Origin: Patescibacteria group bacterium
GTDB lineage: Bacteria; Patescibacteriota; Microgenomatia; UBA1400; PJMF01
Assembly (NCBI GenBank): GCA_016861205.1
Contig: BOKX01000001.1
Location: 895,835 to 959,834 of the forward strand
DNA length: 64,000 bases
Direction of reading: 5' to 3'
Numbering within the stretch: position 1 is the first letter of the stretch; each line of letters begins with the position of its first letter. The translations under genes and the position numbers were made by a program. This document shows positions 17,201 through 27,000 of this stretch, one piece after another. A model generated the notes under the pieces. That model had not been told where the DNA came from. It saw only the letters and a program-made list of their open reading frames with translations, and did no database searches.

Positions 17201-18622
17201 GCCTCATATTTAGCAGAACGTAACCCGGAAGATATTCAAGAAGAGCTTCGTGCTGCATCTGGATCGCGGTCGTGGCTGAGTAACCGAGAAATCTTAGACC
17301 AAGTCACACTGTGGTTATCGAGTCGAGGTTATAGCTATGGGTTTGGGACGTTTAATCTGAATGAACACGCTACCTATGATTCCGCGCTGCGAGACTTGCT
17401 GGCCCAGTCCCATCTGGATTGTGACTCATGGTCGTTGCTGAGTATGTTGGCTGTTCGTGGTGCACAAACAGGCCAGCTTAACCCAAGTTTTCCGGTGTAT
17501 CTAAGATCTGGATTTGCTATTGATAGAACAACTTACCCGAGTGGCTGGATAGGCAATCAAGGGCACGTAGTTCAGTTGTATCAGGAGGTTGATGGTGAGT
17601 GGTATGTGTACGAGACTACACTGCCTGAAGCTGAGAACCAAGCTGAGGTGGTCGCAAATGATCACAACGTAGAGTTGTTGCTTGGGGCACTGGTTTCAGC
17701 CGGTTTGTCAGGCTCAGCGTTGCTTGGTGTTTTTGGGTATGTTGCCAGAGAACGGTTTAAACGTGGAAAACGGCAGCCATCTCGGCGCCGCAAGCCACCA
17801 ATTATTGATGCCCGGGCCCGGTCAGTTGTTCGGGTGACTGGCGAGGATTGGCCAGACGATCACGATCCCAAGGTGACGCCGCAGGAGGCCGAGCTGGTTT
17901 ATGGTGAAACACCAGTGGAACAGGAAGCTCCTCCAGTCCAACTGCCCGACGAAGTCAGCAAGCAGATTTTGCGCTTAGCCAACTTAGTTGAGAGTGTCAG
18001 CTTAGAGACGAAACCCGTAGTCGCCAGAACTCTTGAAGAACTATCGTCTTGGCTTCACCTCAATCACGCCGACTGGCAAACAATGCGTACCATCAGTGGT
18101 CAGCCGGACCTAACAAAAATTGTGGGAGTAGCCTACTCGAGTATTATGGAATCAGTGCGCCGAGTTGACCCACATAACTTCAAGATGCGTGACCACGGAC
18201 TGAGAGATCACTATCAATCACTTACTCGTCGGTACTTGGTTGAGCCTAGTCGGCCATGGGCTGACGTAATCGCTCGAGTAGCTCCCAAGGTAGAGCAAAG
18301 CAAAACCGTGCTGAACGATCCAGAGTGGTTGCAACTAGTTGGCCAGGCAGTGTGGGAACTAGAGCAACAACTACGCCAAACCGAAGAACAGCTGGTGGCT
18401 GAGCTCAACCTCGGCGCAGTTGATGCAACAGCGCAAACCGGTGTGGCTACCGAGAATGTTACCGAACAGCTGAAACTTGCCTTGGTCACTGCCCAACATG
18501 ACGCCCGTGAGGTACCTACTAAGGCATTAATGGCGCTCAAAGTTCGGGCGGCAGCTGATCTATGTCAAGCTCTCCTCGACTGGCTCGAAGCAGAGTGGAC
18601 AGCCAGGGGCTTTACTCAGTAG
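14282..18622 (+). CDS. Giant polytopic membrane protein (1446 aa) with a transglutaminase-like (papain-fold) Cys/His core in a predicted extracytoplasmic loop
   Basis: Intact 4.3-kb ORF. Hydrophobic helices near aa 590-640, ~720 and ~1115. Putative catalytic Cys at 17420-17422 (HLDCDSWSLLSMLAVRG) and His at 17564-17566 (GNQGHVVQLYQEVDGEWYVYETT). These resemble the transglutaminase-like core C...H...D pattern. Confidence 0.65.
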   Translation: MVTELSASPQPSESVAATKVVKVESPVVVQSTGKPSESQPQTDSDPELKEAIRAWAAWGDFEAKKEVIFGLTQKLLTTLRYHRRHLSEDEYREKVKKDVVPLLLFPDRQPLRSWADVFGSEDAGRLFPSSTDREDRNYRLVQAVFSDPEVQALIPPDLLVESINQELDLGGDKPWRMMMLLVAESMMATQFFFSPEQINQPGGAKPVLMREQLNPLTYALTKWFMQNDEQAFFKLQYDSDALRVVTAYADIYGFLDPSTPDGRERLMRLDYAALNMPWYRDHRVQPKITFESGAFQKTQSHYLKSLKRVPQKVDEYLRAKKTEAELVSPGYSADYEARVKHQAELGRSNLESFRTRRNLRQTLTMLWQHYLGQEWGLVERALKPQPKTGEKSATQPAMLAMLEIEKCLQRERDSFHSIFLRLERILAEQSKLTFSHKIENRTHRVAVTMLLVESCYLIAVENARAGDAGRLNRIYGQFLERYGGKIDKLCDIDPFANSQVEPKKLGAFDTADYERRLAHANQVLRASPNAGFIDAEMMENYAVYETRVRAIQQIMNQMRQLTADSYQEERFQKTGDYLDYYHWKQLPEFSRFASWPFLRLLLPAMIITLSSPIVIGDEYSESLSKPVPNMLFGISLAVVITSGYFLFLERKRKERFMNLDVSMVDELRRVKIEDADADEMLARVAQAAETAQETLIAGGDRRDFLRFFSEQLVAITAIIAVITALYWMGTQDNLFELEDAPKLANVLGVGESEAKEVKPEQEEGSFGDETLDESGSTNIESLSATLNIENKDFVSPPPSILLNYRGSERPRFAGGNVCTVRPDQPRLECSVGEQLPPELAAMRVVEADDMTEFSSRVESYVSQGFLVQQVGQKNTFFEPIAQTVPYQLVVFRGDGASGSLGVQVWESGLVVIEGEFYRAALVSQVTDEQSSVLPMTVPASESPNLDWETIATDPELQNFNELVAFVRGLLEMRASYLAERNPEDIQEELRAASGSRSWLSNREILDQVTLWLSSRGYSYGFGTFNLNEHATYDSALRDLLAQSHLDCDSWSLLSMLAVRGAQTGQLNPSFPVYLRSGFAIDRTTYPSGWIGNQGHVVQLYQEVDGEWYVYETTLPEAENQAEVVANDHNVELLLGALVSAGLSGSALLGVFGYVARERFKRGKRQPSRRRKPPIIDARARSVVRVTGEDWPDDHDPKVTPQEAELVYGETPVEQEAPPVQLPDEVSKQILRLANLVESVSLETKPVVARTLEELSSWLHLNHADWQTMRTISGQPDLTKIVGVAYSSIMESVRRVDPHNFKMRDHGLRDHYQSLTRRYLVEPSRPWADVIARVAPKVEQSKTVLNDPEWLQLVGQAVWELEQQLRQTEEQLVAELNLGAVDATAQTGVATENVTEQLKLALVTAQHDAREVPTKALMALKVRAAADLCQALLDWLEAEWTARGFTQ

Positions 18623-18631
18623 AATGGAGCT

Positions 18632-19042
18632 ATGGCCCGTTCTACCTCCTCCCAACAAGCGACAACCTGGCTAACCCAGTTATACTTTGTTTTGGCCAGC
18701 CTTCTGGGCTTGCTGTGTCTGGTGATTGGGGTGGCGTCTCTTGTTAACACGCTCCTGATGACCTATGTCGTCAAAGTCAAAGCCCCTCGCTACAGTATGC
18801 CGCCACAACCCTATGTGGAAGTTGCTAAGTTGGAAAAAACCACCGCGCTCACGCCAGATGAAAAAGAGGCCCTGACTCGGTGGCAACAGGACTACGAACT
18901 CTGGGAAAAAGAACAACGTGACTATGACTACGAAGCTGAAAATCGGCGTCGCTCACTAGCATGGTCAATTGCCTTGGTTATCACCGGGGCGCCCGTTTTT
19001 GCTCTGCATGCACCACGCGTGTTTGGTCGCCGCAAAGCGTAG
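18632..19042 (+). CDS. Small two-TM hypothetical membrane protein, last gene of the 12140-19042 operon
   Basis: Two TM helices (LYFVLASLLGLLCLVIGVASLV; LAWSIALVITGAPVFAL). A terminator follows. Confidence 0.5.
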   Translation: MARSTSSQQATTWLTQLYFVLASLLGLLCLVIGVASLVNTLLMTYVVKVKAPRYSMPPQPYVEVAKLEKTTALTPDEKEALTRWQQDYELWEKEQRDYDYEAENRRRSLAWSIALVITGAPVFALHAPRVFGRRKA

Positions 19043-19230
19043 CTAACATGGCTATCAGCTTTCCACTCACTTACACATTCGTCTCACATTGAAGGTTGGC
19101 CTGGTATAGCGTAAAGTTAATCCCAACATGCGACAGTACTTTTCTACCACCGCCATGCAGTGCCAAATCCAAAAACCCGGTGGTGGAGGGGGTCCGTAGT
19201 CGTTAAGTAGTAGTACATAACACAACACAA

Positions 19231-19254
19231 ACCCTCCACACAGGAGGGTTTTTT
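19231..19254 (+). terminator. Rho-independent terminator
   Basis: Stem CCCTCC / GGAGGG with loop ACACA, then TTTTTT. Confidence 0.7.
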
Positions 19255-19298
19255 AGTATCTGCTGGCCGAACAAGTACAGCAGACAGAAAGGAGAGTC

Positions 19299-19478
19299 AT
19301 GACAGACTCTGATCACGTGCCCTATTCTAGGCGAGGCTTAGAAAACCTGGCTGCTGCTCTCAACATTAACACCGCCTACCTCTGGGTTAACCCCGGACGT
19401 GGGAGCCTGGAGCTGCGCGAAGTTGATGATGGTGTCCCAGCCACCGCCGAGCCGACGGCTGGTAGCGAAAAGGAATAG
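19299..19478 (+). CDS. Small hypothetical protein (59 aa) with a strong ribosome-binding site
   Basis: AAAGGAGAG lies 7 nt upstream of the ATG. Product: MTDSDHVPYSRRGLENLAAALNINTAYLWVNPGRGSLELREVDDGVPATAEPTAGSEKE. It is below the 60-aa cutoff of the ORF track. Confidence 0.35.
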   Translation: MTDSDHVPYSRRGLENLAAALNINTAYLWVNPGRGSLELREVDDGVPATAEPTAGSEKE

Positions 19479-19498
19479 GCTGGTGTACATTACTCCTA

Positions 19499-20023
19499 AT
19501 GGAGATTACTGTTGGAACCGATCTCGTACAGTTGCCCTCATCCGAGATTCAAAAATGGCGCCGTCAGCAGCGACTGCAGCTGGGCCAAAACTTCGGTTTG
19601 TCGCCGTCTCCAGGAGAACCAGTCGTAACGTGTAATGCCAAACTTTCCACAGCCGACGAGGCGTCTTTAGATAGCCGAATCAGATCACACTTAGCCACCT
19701 TGCTTCGAGAGAGTGGTGTCGCGCTCTCAGAAATTTGTGAAACAGATCCTCAGTTTCAAATCGCTGTCTACTTGCAGGTGGGGGCCTATATTCATAAGTT
19801 GCAGGTAGAAGCTGATGTCCAGTACTTGCTTATGACTCACCCGCCACTGGTGATAGTTCAAGGTATCGCTCAGCAAGCCGGTGCCGAACCGTATCGGAGT
19901 CCAATTCTTCGGGCGGAGGTAGGCAAGGAGATGGTAGTGGCTTTGATACGGAGTACGTTTACTATTCCTTGGCAGTTTCCAGTCTTTTTACAGTCGTTTG
20001 TTAATAAGCAGTTGCCGATTTAG
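19499..20023 (+). CDS. Hypothetical protein (174 aa)
   Basis: ORF of normal composition lying between the operon terminator and the rRNA promoter. Weak ribosome-binding site. No recognisable motif. Confidence 0.35.
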   Translation: MEITVGTDLVQLPSSEIQKWRRQQRLQLGQNFGLSPSPGEPVVTCNAKLSTADEASLDSRIRSHLATLLRESGVALSEICETDPQFQIAVYLQVGAYIHKLQVEADVQYLLMTHPPLVIVQGIAQQAGAEPYRSPILRAEVGKEMVVALIRSTFTIPWQFPVFLQSFVNKQLPI

Positions 20024-20066
20024 TGGCCAACTTCGGGGGAGGCGGCATTTTCGTTGGTTCAATCTC

Positions 20067-20094
20067 TTGCAATCATCTGCTAAAGTGCTATAAT
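20067..20094 (+). promoter_or_regulatory. Near-consensus sigma70 promoter for the tRNA-Ala-23S-5S unit (TTGCAA-N16-TATAAT)
   Basis: -35 TTGCAA at 20067-20072, a 16-nt spacer, and -10 TATAAT at 20089-20094. This lies about 100 nt upstream of tRNA-Ala. Confidence 0.5.
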
Positions 20095-20195
20095 TCCTTT
20101 CGTTCGGGAAAACTCTACACGCGACATTATGTGCCGTTTGGTCCATAATCCCTCCGCACCGTTTTCGATTTTGACAAGTGAAGATACCTTAAATC

Positions 20196-20269
20196 GGGCC
20201 CTTAGCTCAGTTGGCTAGAGCGCCACATTTGCAATGTGGAGGCCAAGGGTTCGAGCCCCTTAGGGTCCA
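20196..20269 (+). tRNA. tRNA-Ala (anticodon UGC)
   Basis: Cloverleaf folds by eye. Acceptor stem GGGCCCU/AGGGUCC with discriminator A. D-arm GCTCAGTTGGCTAGAGC. Anticodon stem CCACA/TGTGG with loop TTTGCAA (anticodon TGC). T-arm GGTTCGAGCCC. No encoded CCA. Confidence 0.88.
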
Positions 20270-20480
20270 CAACTAACACAAGTCAAACACCGCTGACTGA
20301 ATTTCAGTTATCGCTGTTTGCTTTGTGCTCTACGGAGTGTCAAAGCAAAGTACCTGATTTTCAGGTGCTCCTTAACAAGTGAAGAAGAAGTCAGATCCAT
20401 GTGATTAGCATCACATGGATTAATAAACATACTTTGTTTATCTCAATTAATTTTATTTTTTGACTTAAGTAAAGTAGGTT

Positions 20481-23440
<2,960 letters not shown>

Positions 23441-23540
23441 TCAAGACTTGTTTGCTGCAAAAGTAACAAGTTTGACTTTTTCTTCACTGTTTTAGGAGCA
23501 GCTGCTCGGAATTCTTTCCGAGATCAGGTACTCAACTAAA

Positions 23541-23674
23541 GCGTTTGGTGCTGGTCTCTAGAGCGAGGTGGAACCAACTCTTCCCTTCCCGAACAGAGTC
23601 TTGAAACGCCTCAGCGGTGACAATAATTCCCGGGCAACTGGGTGTGAAGATAGCTCGAGGCCGGCACCAAGCGC
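23541..23674 (+). rRNA. rrf: 5S ribosomal RNA
   Basis: 5' GCGTTTGGTGCTGG pairs with 3' CCGGCACCAAGCGC. Internal CCCTTCCCGAACAGAG and AAACGCCTCAGCGGTGACAATAAT match conserved 5S loop C and helix IV regions. A T7 run (terminator) follows immediately. Confidence 0.75.
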
Positions 23675-23713
23675 TTTTTTTATGCCTTTTGACCTATGTG
23701 GTAGGATGAAGGC

Positions 23714-24019
23714 ATGTCATCTTCTTCACTCTCTCCAGATCAAGAACAGGGTGTCCGACAAGCGCCGACCCCAGAGGAAAATGAACTGAGTTTTCTCGAA
23801 GTAGTGGTGGGCAGCGAAATTGTCGGTATTTTTGGGCTGCTGTTGGCCGACATCATTATTCGTGAACGACGGGGTTGGGAAGTCGTGGGGGAAACCTTCA
23901 TTGCATTATGTTTAGCGTTATGGCTGATATCAGTCTCGGGATCGCCACGAGAGGCAGATCGTGGGACCACCAGACCAGCTGTGGAACCACCCCAAGTTGT
24001 ACCCGACGAAGAGAGATAA
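23714..24019 (+). CDS. Small hypothetical membrane protein (101 aa)
   Basis: ORF downstream of 5S with the hydrophobic segments IVGIFGLLLADIII and FIALCLALWLISV. It is convergent with the giant gene. No further support. Confidence 0.3.
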   Translation: MSSSSLSPDQEQGVRQAPTPEENELSFLEVVVGSEIVGIFGLLLADIIIRERRGWEVVGETFIALCLALWLISVSGSPREADRGTTRPAVEPPQVVPDEER

Positions 24020-24023
24020 GTAG

Positions 24024-27000
24024 CTAGATACCTAGATTTGCACCAGCCGGCATAGCCATGGGCTTTTCCATGACCAGAGACTGTTCTTGCGGCTTCTGGC
24101 GGGTGTCGAGTTGATCAAAACTCATGCCGGCGCCTTTTTGGACATAATCCGGATGTGTGACACTGAGCTGGTAAAGGCCTTTTGGTGCAAACAGTTGGTA
24201 TTTACCCCAGGAGTCAGTGATCGCGATAGCTGCGAGCTGATTAGCCTCGGCTCGTCCCAACCGGACCACCGCGCCTTTAATTGGTTGGCCAGCGGCAGTG
24301 GTAATCTTACCGCTGACAGCGGGAGGGGTCAGCCAGGTGCGTGCTTTCCAAGCTACTACAAGCGCGTTAGCAGCTGCAATTCCGATGTTAATTAATGATG
24401 GTGAAACTACGGCCATAACGATCGTAAAGGCGGATAATGGCAAGGCTACTTTGCCGAAGCTGAGACGAGTTGCCCAGCGTTGCCACCAGGGTAGGCGAGC
24501 TTCACTCTTCTGGCCAGGTTGGCGAGGGTCAACTGGTACCACAAACAACTGTTCTTCTCGAGCTGACTTAACACTGAACGGTTCACCCCGATAGAAATCG
24601 CGCAGGGTTTGGTAAGGTTGACGTGGGTGGCGACTGGGGAAACTATACTGCTGGTGGGCGGCCGCTAAGTTGTACGTGCCAGCCGGCAGTTTCACACCCT
24701 GGTACACACCTTTAGTGTCCGATACCACTGTCTCGGTGACGGGAGCTTCACCGGTTTTTGTTTCTTTGGTAACAGTCAGCAATGCAAATGGCACAGCCTC
24801 AAACTGTTGGCTGCCAAGGACCACTCCTTGAGGTGCATGGTGGGCTAAGAAGCCCATGGCTTGTAAGAAGCGAGTGAAAACGGTCCACCAAGATGGTTGG
24901 ACCACGGCCGCAGTGCTGGTGGCGGCTCCTACCGCCGAGCCAGCGGCAGCGCTGGCCCCACTTGCTACGGCTCCTCCTACCGCGCTTCCCACCGCTCCTG
25001 CGGCGGCAGTTACTGATCCAGCTGCGGCTACACTTGAGGCTATGACCGCCGTGGTCAAAGCCACAGAGGCAGCCACCGCGGTGGTGACAACAGCAGTGAT
25101 GACTATGAGTTCGGCTACAAGGGCGCTGACCGGGGCAACTGCTTTGGCTGCTTCAGTGACTGTTGCCACGATAGCTGCGACTTGGTTTGCGAGCGACTCG
25201 GTGGTGTCTTCAGTGGTTTCGCGAATGTCTTCAAGACTGGGCAAAGTCGGTGTAGGTGAGGGATCAACTGCGCCAATGTTGCCACCCTCACTGTCGAGTG
25301 GTTCTGTCGGTCCAGAGACGATGGGTGGGATTTCTCCTGGGGTGAGTACAGAGCCAAACGCGTTGTAAGAAAGATAGACAGTCTGGGTAGTGGTCTCATT
25401 ACCTGCATTGTCTCGAGAAATGATATTTACTCGATACCAACCATCAGTTAGTGGGAAGGGGGCGGCGACTGAGAAAGAGGCTGTCTTGGCGACGCCGTTC
25501 TCATCAGTCACGGACAGGTTATCAACATATGATGAGGCGTAGTCGGTGTAGACCGCACTGGGGCCCTGAGGGTCGACAGCATTCACCAGTTGTTGAATGA
25601 CCAAGCGAACTTTGTTCGGGCCGGCGGACACCTTGTCAAAGGTGTCTTGGCTACCGTTTGAGTTGTTGCGCGTGCTGCCTTCATATGGATCTCTGATTTG
25701 ACCCGAGAAGACCGGAATCCGGTTGAGCAAACTCATGGTGTACTCGCCACCGTTGGTGACTGAGCCAATGGTGTTGAGGCTGAGTCCATTGATGCTTGGC
25801 GCGGTGGTGTCGAGCTGAAACTCTGCCTGGACCGTCTTGAGGTTACCGGAGGTATCAAAAATATCAACTGTCCACTTGTGTTTACCCTGGGTGAGGCCAC
25901 CTTCGGTACCTAATTTTTTGAAGTAGACAGAGATCTCGTCGTTATTGGGGTCGCTGTCATTCTCATTGCGGAAAACAACTCGAACATTGTCATCGTCGCG
26001 CCAAACGTACTCGGCTGAGCCATTGCCATTGGCCGGGATATCACTGACCGAAAAGTTCCGGTTTTTGTCACCATCAAGTGTCACGGTGTAAGAGCCAACT
26101 CCACCCGTGGTGGTCGTTGATTTTGAGAAGGTGAGTGTTGGGGTGGTGTTGTTAATGGTTCCTGTTGCTGACTTGAAGTCAACACTGCCAGTGCCTTCCG
26201 CAGCGGGGGTCTCGCTGTCGCCAACTTGACTGATACCACCGGTGCCGGTCATGCCAGTAATGGCCCAGACCTGGAAGCCGTTAACAGTGGTGATGCTGGT
26301 ATCGGCATCTGCCTCAACTTTGGTGATGGCGCCAGCACAGTCTGCAGTCACTTGAGCCAGACTAGTGGCATTCGGACAGATGATGACTGACGTGTCACCA
26401 GCGGAGTAGGGAACATACAGCGTGTGGGTAGCGGCGGCACCGGGAGCTGAGGTCACATTTTCGATCACTGCTTTGCGATTGGTGGTGTCGACGTCACCAG
26501 CCACCGTTGACCAGTCTCGGTCGGTAGTTAGGTTGACCTCGATACTTGAGATGGGATAGCTATTGCCTGTATCAATAACTTGGACAGTTTCGGCACTATT
26601 GTTAACACCATTGCCGCTGCCGTAGGTGATGTTTGTGCCACTGGTAGTTTGAGCCTGGATTCCTGACAAATTGCGAATCTGATACAAACTCGCCAAGCGC
26701 TGAAAGAAGAAGAGGTTGGTTTCACCACTGCGGGTTTCTTCCCAGACTGCTCCCACGCTGCCAGTGCTGAGTCGAGCCATGGATGGTCGGCCAGTACCGC
26801 TATCCAGATCGAGGGTGGTGGTGGAGTCCCAGAGAAGTGTGCCATCGGTGCGGACGCCCTGTACAAAGTGGTGTTCAGCCACACTATCTGAAGCAATGAC
26901 AAAGATCCCGTTGTCACCATCTTCTTCCATCTCAATCAGACTGTTATGACCGAGCAGACTGATGGCACTCACGTCAGCTCCCCACACTGAAGTGAAAGAG

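Noticed and set aside
19043-20195. Search for a 16S rRNA gene upstream of tRNA-Ala.
   Set aside because: No 16S-conserved blocks or anti-SD 3' end are present in this interval. It contains ORF-like sequence and a promoter instead, so the rRNA unit is scored as lacking a linked 16S gene, not as containing a degraded copy.
24856-25368. 170-aa Ala/Thr-rich ORF on the plus strand inside the minus-strand 1626-aa gene. Similar antisense ORFs occur at 24087-24594 and 27015-27425, and many lie inside 50203-63636 (e.g. 50291-50791, 54431-54835, 60872-61339).
   Set aside because: These are shadow ORFs produced by the GC-rich, Ala/Val/Thr/Ser-biased codon usage of the giant genes. They have no ribosome-binding sites, and the sense-strand ORFs are intact and far longer.
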